Assembly: GCA_963663965.2 (NCBI GenBank)
Contig: CAXXFK010000001.1
Location: 128,001 to 192,000 of the forward strand
DNA length: 64,000 nt
Direction of reading: 5' to 3'
Source of the DNA: Sedimentisphaerales bacterium
GTDB lineage: Bacteria; Planctomycetota; Phycisphaerae; Sedimentisphaerales; SM23-30
The notes beneath the pieces are model-generated. The model saw only the letters and a list, made by a program, of their open reading frames with translations. It made no database searches and was not told the origin of the DNA. Both the position numbers and the translations under genes were made by a program. Of the stretch, positions 19,154 through 28,947 are shown piece by piece (within the stretch, counting starts at the first letter, position 1; the number at the start of each line of letters is the position of its first letter).

Positions 19154-20185
19154 TTAACGTGCCGGCAATTTTAATTTCATTCCAGGACGAATCGATTTCT
19201 CATCACTGAGCATTTTGTCATTCAGTTTGGCAATTTCTGGAAAACGATTACCTCCCCCCAGTTTATTTTGAGCGATAGACCATAAACTATCCCCTTTTTG
19301 AACGACATAAAACGTTTCAGCCTTACTTTCAGGCACTGTTTTTTCCTGCGAAATACCTGTTACAGTCTGTGCAGGACGATTTTGATTCGCAACAGGATTG
19401 TTTCCAGATATCGAGGGTATCACCAATATCTGGCCAATTTTGAGATTATTCATATCTTCCAGGGTGGTGGTATTCGCTTCGAAAATTCGCTTGACATTGA
19501 CCCATCGCTTCCCTTCACTATCGCCATAAACTTTTAAGGCAATCTGACTTAGATCATCGCCTTTAACAACGGTATAGCGCACGGATTGGCGAGTTGGAGC
19601 GGGAGAGATACGATCAGTTGAACCGGCAGGTGGGTTTGCATTGGTATTAGAGGATACACGGGGCGGCACATCAATGGTATTTCGCTGACCCGCTTTGATC
19701 GAACTGGAATCCGGCGCCTCAATAACGGCGTCAACCGCATGACGATATATCCCGGATTCCGGCTGAATTCGATCAGTCTCAGAACGATTTTCAGGCTGCA
19801 AACTGGTTCCGGGCAGTGGAATGCGTAAACGCACGGCATCTTCCGCGCTATCACGCTGAGGAGTCGTTGAATTATAAACGATTGGGCCCGCCGGACGAAC
19901 CTGTTCGGGTGCGATGGCAGGTGTTTGCCGGTCAGGTGCAGGCAGAAGGTTCTCTCCATCATTTCCCAGACCGGCAAAATGGTATGTACCGGAATCCTTT
20001 GCAGACAAATTCTGCACCGCGTTAAGGGGTAGATTCTCGGGTTGGATCGACTGATTATTCTTGGCCAGTTTCTGAATCTCGTTTAAATCGTTCATGCTAT
20101 CGCAATGAACCCCTTTAAGAATGATCGCGATGGCGACAATAATCACCAGACTTAACAACAAACCAATTTTAGCTTCCTTGCTCAT
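19154..20185 (-). CDS. Membrane-anchored protein with two C-terminal LysM domains
   Basis: MSKEAKIGLLLSLVII anchor; YTVVKGDDLSQIA..LKIGQILVIP and YVVQKGDSLWSIA..IRPGMKLKLP. Confidence 0.9.
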   Translation of the reverse strand: MSKEAKIGLLLSLVIIVAIAIILKGVHCDSMNDLNEIQKLAKNNQSIQPENLPLNAVQNLSAKDSGTYHFAGLGNDGENLLPAPDRQTPAIAPEQVRPAGPIVYNSTTPQRDSAEDAVRLRIPLPGTSLQPENRSETDRIQPESGIYRHAVDAVIEAPDSSSIKAGQRNTIDVPPRVSSNTNANPPAGSTDRISPAPTRQSVRYTVVKGDDLSQIALKVYGDSEGKRWVNVKRIFEANTTTLEDMNNLKIGQILVIPSISGNNPVANQNRPAQTVTGISQEKTVPESKAETFYVVQKGDSLWSIAQNKLGGGNRFPEIAKLNDKMLSDEKSIRPGMKLKLPAR

Positions 20186-20269
20186 AACGAACTCCTGGCG
20201 CCAATTGCTAATGGATACATGATCCAATTCATCGGCGCGTCAATTACAGAAATTACGGATTCCTATTGC

Positions 20270-21235
20270 TTAAATCCATTTAAAATCAGCGTTCCCTGTG
20301 GATTCAAATATTTGGTCGGTTCGGCGCGCGATACGCAACTTCGCGCTGCGGCTGCGCGGGTTGATTTCTATTTCTTCATCATCAGCAATTATCGGCTTAC
20401 GAACGATTAACTCATAAATGTCATTTCGCCGGTTTTCGTTAAAATCATTTTTTACAATACGATCTTCCAGGCTGTGAAAGCTGATCACCGCAATCATTCC
20501 GCCAGGATTCAACCGGTCCGGTGTTTGTTTTAACAGCTTTTCCAATTGATCCAGTTCATGATTAACGGCGATGCGTAATGCCTGAAAGGTTCGTGTTGCA
20601 GGATGCAGGGTATTATGGCGATGGCCTTTGCCGTAACCGATCGCTCGAACAATTATATTTTTTAATTCGCCTGTCGTCTGAAAAGGCTTCTGGGCACGAT
20701 ATTCGCAAATCAGGCGGGCAATCTTTCGACTATGTCTCTCCTCGCCATATTGAAAAATCAAGTTCGCCAATTCCTTCTGGCTGAGCCGATTGACAAACCA
20801 GGCGGCCGATTTCTCCAGGCGATCATCCAGCCTCATATCCAGGGGACTGTCTTCATGTTGAAAACTGATGCCTCGGTCGATATCCTCCAGTTGAGCCGAA
20901 CAAAATCCAAGGTCTGCGAGTATGATATCGACCTTGTTCACATTAAGATCTGACAGAATATCACTCAGCTGGCCGAAGTTTTCCCGGATCAGATCGACTC
21001 GGCATCGAACATTTTCCAGGCGGGTCCGGGCTGCCGCCAGACTATCCGGATCGACATCAATTCCAATCAGCCGGCCTTTTTCGGAGAGCCGGCTTGACAA
21101 TAAGGCAGAATGACCGCCCTGCCCCACCGTTGCATCAACTACAATTCCATCAGGCGGAAAAGTTAAATGCTCTATGATGGGTGCCGTCAGGACGGGAATA
21201 TGTACAAAGTCCTTTTTGCTCACATTCCTGTCCAT
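20270..21235 (-). CDS. rsmH: 16S rRNA m4C1402 methyltransferase
   Basis: HIPVL, DATVGQGGHS, PLDMRLD, HPATRTFQALRIAVN, ISFHSLEDRIVK, NPRSRSAKLR. Confidence 0.97.
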   Translation of the reverse strand: MDRNVSKKDFVHIPVLTAPIIEHLTFPPDGIVVDATVGQGGHSALLSSRLSEKGRLIGIDVDPDSLAAARTRLENVRCRVDLIRENFGQLSDILSDLNVNKVDIILADLGFCSAQLEDIDRGISFQHEDSPLDMRLDDRLEKSAAWFVNRLSQKELANLIFQYGEERHSRKIARLICEYRAQKPFQTTGELKNIIVRAIGYGKGHRHNTLHPATRTFQALRIAVNHELDQLEKLLKQTPDRLNPGGMIAVISFHSLEDRIVKNDFNENRRNDIYELIVRKPIIADDEEIEINPRSRSAKLRIARRTDQIFESTGNADFKWI

Positions 21236-21252
21236 TGGGTTCTGATCGTCAC

Positions 21253-21528
21253 TCAGGAGTATAACGTCTTGTTGCGCGGCTGAACGGTATCAGTGGAATC
21301 CATTCCTGCGATAACCGTGCCTTTCGGTTCGATCAGTTGACTGGCTTCTTGAGAGAAAGCTACAAAACGATAATCGCCCCCCAGGCGCTGAATCCGCGCC
21401 AGTCTCTCACGCAATCGGTCTAGCAAGGGATAATCAATCCGGTCGTGATCATCGCTAACCAGGGCATGCTGAAGTTGCCGTAACGCCAATTGAGATTGAG
21501 TCAGAGTCAAATTATCATTATCTTTCAT
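21253..21528 (-). CDS. Hypothetical protein (91 aa) between mraZ and rsmH
   Basis: Strong aaggag RBS; co-oriented within the operon. Confidence 0.65.
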   Translation of the reverse strand: MKDNDNLTLTQSQLALRQLQHALVSDDHDRIDYPLLDRLRERLARIQRLGGDYRFVAFSQEASQLIEPKGTVIAGMDSTDTVQPRNKTLYS

Positions 21529-21647
21529 CTAAAACTCCTTGGTAGTAACGGAAGATTTCCGCTTGGCAATCCCTCAAAAGGGGATTATAATTCGCTGACA
21601 CTTACTGGCTTGGCTTCGTTTTCTGGTTTTTAAAACTTACAAACCTG

Positions 21648-22127
21648 CTAGAAGCCGGCTTCCTGACGCTCTTTAACAAACATCTCATAACGGGCCTGTA
21701 GCATGATTCGTTCGCGATGCCCAAGACCATTTTCCAGGTATTTCTCCCATACCTGGGTGTCCCAGATTTCCAGATGATCGCGCGATCCAATCATCGTAAC
21801 CTGCTCAGACAGCCCAGTCCGCCTGATCGCTTTTTCGGGCAGGAGCACACGACCTTGCCGATCCAGCTCAACCTTGCTGGCTAAGGCGAAATTGACCCGT
21901 TCATAGGCCAGAAATTCATCCGGAGCCGCCATCCCTGGGGCCACGGCAAGGGCGATGCGCTGATAGATCTTCTCAGGATACAGACTCAAGGCCTGGCGAT
22001 GCTCGATCGTTAAGAAAAAACCTTCACCATGAAAATCTGGATCGATCTGCTCGCGAACCCGGCTGGGAATCGACAAGCGGTTCTTGGCATCAAGGGAAAG
22101 GTCAAATTCGCCATGCAACAAAATCAT
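21648..22127 (-). CDS. mraZ: Transcriptional regulator MraZ
   Basis: GEFDLSLDAKNRLSIP and ELDRQGRVLLP..HLEIWD. Start moved to MILLHGE. Confidence 0.93.
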   Translation of the reverse strand: MILLHGEFDLSLDAKNRLSIPSRVREQIDPDFHGEGFFLTIEHRQALSLYPEKIYQRIALAVAPGMAAPDEFLAYERVNFALASKVELDRQGRVLLPEKAIRRTGLSEQVTMIGSRDHLEIWDTQVWEKYLENGLGHRERIMLQARYEMFVKERQEAGF

Positions 22128-22166
22128 GAGAAACACCAAAAAAACAAAACAACAATTTCCATTTCT

Positions 22167-22194
22167 TACCACTATGTACCACAAATCCCCACAT
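22167..22194 (-). promoter_or_regulatory. MraZ-binding boxes
   Basis: GTGG three times at exact 10-bp period (CCAC at 22169, 22179, 22189 on +), about 40 bp upstream of mraZ. Confidence 0.8.
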
Positions 22195-22818
22195 TTACAA
22201 GGACTATTTTGGCTAATTTTTCCATTTCCTTAGCTTGACTGGAAATTTTTTCTGAACCCGAACTAGATATTGCGTTTTGTGCAACCATAAAACACAAGAT
22301 AATTGATTAACGATTTAAATATTTTTTCAAGTTTTATTGGTTTTTTTGCCGAAGTTAATCACATTTTATCGGAACCATGTGGATAACCTGTTAGCAACAC
22401 TTTTTTATTGCCCCACCTCCCCCCACAGTGTGTTATATTTACTTTGTGCATTGTTAAAATCTCACGTGTTTCCCACTCCCTCTGGTTGACTTGCCCCACT
22501 TTTTATCATGTCGGCATTCTTTTCAGGTGTTCCCCTTTAATCTCTTACAAATGAAATCTTGCGCAAAATGGCAAAGAAATCTCAGCAGGGAGGCGGATGC
22601 CGCTGTGACCCTGTTTGGTTCCGGCACTGCCGGTTTAGGGTAATGTCAAAAATAATATGTATTTTTCCAGCTATATTCCGTTATTATTAATATCATTCTC
22701 ATATGAATTTATCGTTTTTTGCATTAAAGTATTTCTATAGTGCTTCACTCATAGTCCTTGTATTTATACCATTATCTAACTACACAATCCCGGGAAACCC
22801 ATAATTTATTACATATCA

Positions 22819-24537
22819 ATGCGTTACATAATATCAAATATATCCGCTCGTGGTTTACCGCTTTATTTATATCGTTTAGTAACCCTGAACCTGATAATTA
22901 TCCTGTGCATTCTTTTTATGCCAGGCGATGTGCTGGGTTTGCAAACGAACGAAGTGGCCATTATTGCCAATCAATCAGTACAGGAATCAATAGAAATTGC
23001 CGGCTATTACTGTCAAAAGAGAAAAATCAATCCAGACCGGATAATCGCTATCGAAATGCCACAATCGGAACGAATTAGCTGGCAGTCATATCAGGAAATG
23101 GCTCAGATCCTGCGCAAAAGACTGCAAACAGATCAGATGACCGGGGTAAAATGCCTGATTACGACCTGGGGTGTCCCTCTACGGATCAACGGATTTCAGC
23201 CACAAGATCAAGATCTGGAAAAACTGAAACTGATTGACCGCCTCATCCAGATCCATTTTGGCGAACTGGATGAAATGATCGATGAGTTTAAATCGATTAA
23301 TCCCATTGCCACGATTATCAAACCCAAAGATGCAAATACCTTTCAGATGCCGACATACTGGCTGAAACGAGATCAAACCGCTCAGGAAATGTATAAAAAT
23401 GCGGACGACGCCATGTGGGCAGCCCGAAATCTGGTAAAAAATATGGTGAATAAGGATGTGGCAATCAAGAAAAAAGAAGATTTTGAAACCCTGTTTCAAG
23501 ATTATATTGGTCTGGAAGGACAACTTTCAACAGTGGCCAGCCTGATAAAACAACAACCTGATCGCGAAGATTCGGCTTTGTTTAAACAGGAATATGAGAA
23601 AGGTATGATTGAGCTGAAAAAACTGGCAGCAGAAGCGTCAGCAATAAGATCTTTACCATTCAATACAGAAACCTGGACCAGACGTTATGAGTTGATTCGA
23701 AAGGCCGCCGGCTTAAAAGGGGTTTGCCGCATATTGATCGCTGACCGCAAGGGAATCGGAGACGAAGACAGCGAATCCGCATTGGATAGCGAATTGACCC
23801 TGGTTTTATGGGAACATTATTCTCCCTCCGGCCAGATTCCCAATCTGTTGAATCCAAAGTACAACCCGCAGAACGATACGCCGGCCCATCTCGTTCAACA
23901 ACCGGTATTGATGGTATCCCGCCTGGACGGACCAACTCCTGATATTGCCAGAGGACTGGTTGACAAGGCTATCGAAGCTGAAAATACAATCTTACAGGGC
24001 CAGGTCTACCTGGATGCCAGAAATATCAAAAATGATATCGATACCTTTGGCTCCTATGGCTATTTTGACGAAAAAATCCGAATCACGGCTGATATTCTCC
24101 AAAAACAAACCAGCCTGAAAGTCCATCTGGATAACCAGCCGGCGCTTTTCGGCCCGGGCCAGTGCCCGGATACTTTACTGTATTGCGGCTGGTACAGTCT
24201 GAGAAAGTATATCGATTCATTTACATTTGCACCCGGTGCTATCGGTTACCATATCGCCAGTTTTGAGGCCGAGACTCTCCGCCATCACGATCCGGATACC
24301 GGTCAGTGGTGTAAATGCCTGCTCGAAAATGGCATGACCGCCACCCTGGGGGCAGTCGCCGAACCCTACCTGCATACCTTCCCACCCCCCGATGCCTTCT
24401 TCCAGGACCTGGTTCGCGGCGATGACACCCTGGCAGAGGTCTATTTCCGACATTTACCCTTTAATTCCTGGCGGATCATCCTTATTGGTGATCCTTTATT
24501 CCGGCCCAGATATCCAATTCATTCACAAGATAATTAA
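22819..24537 (+). CDS. TIGR03790-family protein (PEP-CTERM/exosortase-associated) with a long helical insertion
   Basis: ALDSELTL, MVSRLDGP, LYCGWYS, GAIGYHIASFEA, ATLGAVAEPYL, SWRIILIGDPLFRP. Confidence 0.85.
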   Translation: MRYIISNISARGLPLYLYRLVTLNLIIILCILFMPGDVLGLQTNEVAIIANQSVQESIEIAGYYCQKRKINPDRIIAIEMPQSERISWQSYQEMAQILRKRLQTDQMTGVKCLITTWGVPLRINGFQPQDQDLEKLKLIDRLIQIHFGELDEMIDEFKSINPIATIIKPKDANTFQMPTYWLKRDQTAQEMYKNADDAMWAARNLVKNMVNKDVAIKKKEDFETLFQDYIGLEGQLSTVASLIKQQPDREDSALFKQEYEKGMIELKKLAAEASAIRSLPFNTETWTRRYELIRKAAGLKGVCRILIADRKGIGDEDSESALDSELTLVLWEHYSPSGQIPNLLNPKYNPQNDTPAHLVQQPVLMVSRLDGPTPDIARGLVDKAIEAENTILQGQVYLDARNIKNDIDTFGSYGYFDEKIRITADILQKQTSLKVHLDNQPALFGPGQCPDTLLYCGWYSLRKYIDSFTFAPGAIGYHIASFEAETLRHHDPDTGQWCKCLLENGMTATLGAVAEPYLHTFPPPDAFFQDLVRGDDTLAEVYFRHLPFNSWRIILIGDPLFRPRYPIHSQDN

Positions 24538-24919
24538 ATCCATTCCCCTCCCTGCCAAACGCCTGATGAACTGCTTTGATTTGGCAAAAAAAATCATCTA
24601 ATGTTTCCAATTGGTAAAATCCAGACTTTTCTGCCTTGTCGGAGTTGATTGGCCTATAATTAATTAGAGGATATATTTCTGGTTTCCGTTTGATCGAGAT
24701 TAAATCGATCAATATAGATAAATCTTAAAAACGGACAGTTTGCTGTCACCAACCCATTTTTTGATTTTTCCTCCTTCTATTGTGTGAAGCAGAGTCAAAA
24801 TAGGGCTCTGCTTCACTTTTTGATTAACTGCTGGTATTTTTCATTTGCAACCTCACCGGTTTCCGATATAAGTAATTTGTTGTGTTAAACCAAAACTACT
24901 TGTACAAGGAGATCTTTCC

Positions 24920-25477
24920 ATGAGGGCTATTACAATTCTCACATTATCGTGTCTGGCCTGCTTACTAGTCGGCTGCCAGAATAAAGAACTAATTCAATGC
25001 CAGGAGGATCTGGTTAAATGTCAGGAAGAAAATACTTCGATACAGCAGGAATCCGCAAAAACAAAAGAGGATGCTAAAGCAATAATGAAAGAAATGAGCA
25101 GGCTGCTTCAAGATGAAAACATGAAAGCGACACAACTTGAAACAACAATCTCAGGCTTACGGCAGACGATTACCGAATTGGAAACAAAGCGGAAAGATGA
25201 AAATACCAAACTGCGGGAATCCATGATGGAAGCGCTGGCCAAAACCAAGGACCTGGAAACTCAACTTAAAAAAGTTCTTGACGACCTGGCCGCCGTTACG
25301 ACCCAAAAACAAACGGCGCTTGCCGAGTGCCAGAAACTGGAAAGCTCTTTAGCCCAGGCAATGCAGAAACTCGCCCAGCTTGAAGCGGAAACCAAACAGC
25401 TTAAAGATGAAAACAGCAAATTAAAATCCGAAATTGAGGCCGCTAAAGCGAAATCGAATACGGAAGGCGCCCAATAA
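24920..25477 (+). CDS. Coiled-coil lipoprotein
   Basis: LVG-C lipobox, aggaga RBS, continuous heptad pattern. Confidence 0.8.
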   Translation: MRAITILTLSCLACLLVGCQNKELIQCQEDLVKCQEENTSIQQESAKTKEDAKAIMKEMSRLLQDENMKATQLETTISGLRQTITELETKRKDENTKLRESMMEALAKTKDLETQLKKVLDDLAAVTTQKQTALAECQKLESSLAQAMQKLAQLEAETKQLKDENSKLKSEIEAAKAKSNTEGAQ

Positions 25478-25493
25478 GCTTATTTTATGCCAC

Positions 25494-25532
25494 AAAAAAA
25501 GGCAGAGCCAATCAATCCGGCTCTGCCTTTTT
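25494..25532. terminator. Bidirectional intrinsic terminator
   Basis: A-run ggcagagcc-loop-ggctctgcc T-run between convergent genes. Confidence 0.85.
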
Positions 25533-25557
25533 TATTACTCGCCTGCTTTAAAATGTT

Positions 25558-27102
25558 TTATAAGCTTTCAATGGTAATCGATTGATTCAGCGCGGTGACC
25601 GCATTAATATCGATCTGCAATGAAAAGACCACCGGAACTTCAGTCTGAAGAGTCGTGTCGGAAATCGTGATATAGAATATACCCTTACTGGTATCAAAAT
25701 AAGCATAATTGATAAAATAAGTTTCCGCTAATTCCTTGGGACGCTTATAAACATATTTGCCTTTTGTAAATTTAAAACCATCTTCTCCCACGGGAATCGT
25801 TTCGGTAAAATCGCCCCAGGAAACAGTCACCTGCAAGTCCTGTTGTTCATCGCTGCTGAGCGTTTCATCCAAAGCGAATGAGCCATATATCTTGGCGGAG
25901 GACAGCCCGGTTTTGCTGTTAGTTTTTACCACTTGTTTGCGGACCTGCAGATAATCGGTATTACCCAGCAGATATTCCACCGGCATGGTTTTGGCGCCGT
26001 TCAGAATCGATTCATCCAGTTCATACATCACGTCAAAATCGCCGATCGCAAATGCCAGCGTCACGGGCGAGGTCAGGCCGGACAAATCGATATTACGGCC
26101 ATATAAAGTAAAGACCCCTTTGGCCACATCAACCTTCACCAGTTTAAGCCCGTCGGTCCCCTTGAAATAAAATCCGGTTTCCTTGCTGTTCATCTTGAAA
26201 CCTTCATCATCAAAAGGAACCGCCTGGCTGAACACCTCATCCGGCCCGTTCAACGCCACACTGAAACTGTCGGCAGTGGTTAATATATCCTGACCGGCGC
26301 TCAACTGTCCGGAGATGATAAACGAATCGGAAATAACCTCCCCATCCCGCTTTTTGTCCGCCTTGAAAATCGCCTTGGTCACCAGATCCTCAGGAATCGC
26401 TTCAAATTTGACTTTAACGGTACGGTCTTTTGTCATGGTAATCGTATTGCTTTCCAGCAGCCAGCTATTATCAGCCCCGCTCCAACCGGCCACACGGTAT
26501 CCGGTATCCGGTACCGCCGTCAATGCCACAACCTCGTTGGTCGAATAGCGGCCGGAATCCGGCACCACCACACCATGATCACCCACAACCATACAGGTTA
26601 AACTGTGGGTATCACCCGATGCATGAGGCACCACCCAGATAGAATCCATAATAGTATCCGCCGTTAACGCTTGTCCATTGAGTACCGTATCGTCTGCCAC
26701 AGCGGTCAAGGTCACCTGGATGGGACTGCCCGAATTGAACATCAAAATAAGATTGTCCACAAGCAAACCTTCTGTCGGCGCAGCCGAAAGCCATTGAGTG
26801 GCGGTGACTTGAACTTTTTTAGAACTGGAATTTTCCGTCACCACTTTACCCGGGAAATCATACAAAACCGGAAAGGTGGTTTCTGTATAGTCAAAAAGTC
26901 CGTTATGCGGATCACTGATACTTAAATTCAATGTGTAACTTTTACAGGGAACGGCATCGGTCAGTTCCACCGACAAAATCACGGCATCTTCATCTTCGAT
27001 ATTAATGGTATCATCAGACAAGCCATTGACATGGATCTTCATACCACCCAACGCGACAGAGGCGCCAATCATCAGGGCTACAGCCAACCATTTAACTTTC
27101 AT
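25558..27102 (-). CDS. Secreted beta-rich surface protein with an InlB B-repeat-like module
   Basis: Signal peptide; GRYSTNEVVALTAVPDTGYRVAGWSG..ITMTKDRTVKVKFE. Confidence 0.75.
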   Translation of the reverse strand: MKVKWLAVALMIGASVALGGMKIHVNGLSDDTINIEDEDAVILSVELTDAVPCKSYTLNLSISDPHNGLFDYTETTFPVLYDFPGKVVTENSSSKKVQVTATQWLSAAPTEGLLVDNLILMFNSGSPIQVTLTAVADDTVLNGQALTADTIMDSIWVVPHASGDTHSLTCMVVGDHGVVVPDSGRYSTNEVVALTAVPDTGYRVAGWSGADNSWLLESNTITMTKDRTVKVKFEAIPEDLVTKAIFKADKKRDGEVISDSFIISGQLSAGQDILTTADSFSVALNGPDEVFSQAVPFDDEGFKMNSKETGFYFKGTDGLKLVKVDVAKGVFTLYGRNIDLSGLTSPVTLAFAIGDFDVMYELDESILNGAKTMPVEYLLGNTDYLQVRKQVVKTNSKTGLSSAKIYGSFALDETLSSDEQQDLQVTVSWGDFTETIPVGEDGFKFTKGKYVYKRPKELAETYFINYAYFDTSKGIFYITISDTTLQTEVPVVFSLQIDINAVTALNQSITIESL

Positions 27103-27302
27103 AATTCGTCCTTTCTCTAAATATTCATAATGAGATCAATGAGTACATGTTACCTTATCGTCTGCATTAAACCTGAAGTTAAACGCAAAGTAACTCACTG
27201 GATTATTTCCTATAATACACCGGTTTCCAATGCCATGCCACGTAAAAACCTCTCCATTGAGACAATGACCTCAACACTTATCGGACGATTAGATCTGCGC
27301 AC

Positions 27303-27340
27303 AAAAAAACGAGGTGGCAAATCAATTCGCAACCTCGTTT
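27303..27340 (-). terminator. Terminator after PEP-CTERM gene (paralogous to 28190-28227)
   Basis: aacgagg..cctcgtt stem with T-run on minus strand. Confidence 0.7.
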
Positions 27341-27384
27341 ATTTTTATCATCCGAAGGATTCAAATACGGTTCGTGGGTCGCCT

Positions 27385-27963
27385 TTAGGCGCGACGGCGA
27401 CGGATCAGAGCCAGGCCACCAAGCCCCAGCAAACTCATGGTCGTCGGCTCTGGAAAGATTGTAATGGTTCTGGCCAGACTCCAGCCGGCGCCATCGATAT
27501 TCGTGCTGATCATAAGTTTATTAAAACAACGACCACTATAGGTATAGGTCAACCCTGAGAGTAGCACTTCTTCAGTTACCTGAGTGGCATCGGCAGTCAA
27601 TCCCATGGCGCCTTCAACTTGAACCTTGCTGGCCGTCTTCGCCTGATAGATCAGCGGTTGGGCGTAAAGGCTTGGTACATCGAAATAGGTATCTGGACCG
27701 GTGGGAACACGCATCGATACATACGTGGTATCAAGTGCGGCATGATCGTAGCTGAAAGAACCTATATCATTGTCCAGTTCTAAAATAAAACCAATGGATC
27801 TTTTTACCGTACCAGCCGTAACACCAACAGAAATATCATATGAACCGAACGATACAATCAGTTGATTACCACTAATAAAACTCCCATCAACATTTATAAA
27901 CAAACCGGCGTTTGCAAAAGCCGTTACACCAAGAACCAGGGCAAAGGCTAACAACTTCTTCAT
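27385..27963 (-). CDS. PEP-CTERM sorting-domain protein (paralog 2)
   Basis: Signal peptide; C-terminal FPEPTTMSLLGLGGLALIRRRRA. Confidence 0.92.
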   Translation of the reverse strand: MKKLLAFALVLGVTAFANAGLFINVDGSFISGNQLIVSFGSYDISVGVTAGTVKRSIGFILELDNDIGSFSYDHAALDTTYVSMRVPTGPDTYFDVPSLYAQPLIYQAKTASKVQVEGAMGLTADATQVTEEVLLSGLTYTYSGRCFNKLMISTNIDGAGWSLARTITIFPEPTTMSLLGLGGLALIRRRRA

Positions 27964-28189
27964 AATAATCTCCTTTTTATACTGATTACAATTGAAAATG
28001 CCCGCTGGGCCGTGATATAACTTCTACGCAGGCAAACACTTATCTTGCGAGCGATCAGGAATTATCATACCCATTGGGTATAGATCCCCTGACAAGAGGA
28101 GCTTTTTCGATTGTCTGGAAAAATCATTTTGTCATACACATTTTACCTGCCTGAACGACTTCGACATTATCGGACTATAACATAAGCGT

Positions 28190-28227
28190 AAAAAAACGAG
28201 GCTGCGAATAGATTCGCAACCTCGTTC
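28190..28227 (-). terminator. Terminator after PEP-CTERM gene
   Basis: aacgaggctgcgaat..attcgcaacctcgtt with T-run on minus strand. Confidence 0.75.
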
Positions 28228-28274
28228 ATTTTTAGATTACCTGAATTTTTCAGGCAGGGTTCATGGCGTCGTGA

Positions 28275-28868
28275 TTAGGCGCGACGACGACGGATCAGAG
28301 CCAGACCACCAAGGCCCAGCAGGCTCATGGTCATCGGTTCTGGAATCTGATGAATGGTGATGGCTTCAGCTTGACCCCAGCCAGCGCCATTGATATTCGT
28401 GCTGATCAGGAGCTGTACATCACCCAGACCCGTGGGGGTATAGGTTAAGCCTGACAGAAGCACTTCATCAATAACTTGAGTGGCATCGGCGGTTAAACCC
28501 ATGGCGCCTTCAACTTGAACCTTGCTGCCGGTCTTCGACTGATAAATCAGCGGAAGAGCATAGGCGCTTGGAACATCGAAAAAGGTATCAGGACCGGTGG
28601 GAACACGCATTGATACAAACGTGGTATCAAGTGCAGCGCCGTCATAGCTGAAAGAAGCTAAATCGCCGTTCAGTTCCATAATGAAACCAACAGCTCTTTT
28701 GACGGTACCGGCTGTGACACCCACATCGAGAGTCACTGAATCAACTTTAGTGATATCAATTTCGAATTCAGTGCCGGAAACCGGGTCGCCATTTACATTT
28801 ATAAACAAACCGGCGTTCGCAAAAGCGGTAACACCAAGAACCAAGGCAAGAGCTAACAACTTCTTCAT
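28275..28868 (-). CDS. PEP-CTERM sorting-domain protein (paralog 1)
   Basis: Signal peptide; C-terminal IPEPMTMSLLGLGGLALIRRRRA. Confidence 0.93.
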   Translation of the reverse strand: MKKLLALALVLGVTAFANAGLFINVNGDPVSGTEFEIDITKVDSVTLDVGVTAGTVKRAVGFIMELNGDLASFSYDGAALDTTFVSMRVPTGPDTFFDVPSAYALPLIYQSKTGSKVQVEGAMGLTADATQVIDEVLLSGLTYTPTGLGDVQLLISTNINGAGWGQAEAITIHQIPEPMTMSLLGLGGLALIRRRRA

Positions 28869-28947
28869 AATAATCTCCTTCTTAGTGAATAAGAGTAAAG
28901 ATAAAACTGTTTTTTTGCTAAACGTTAAGCAAATAAAAACTCATCGA

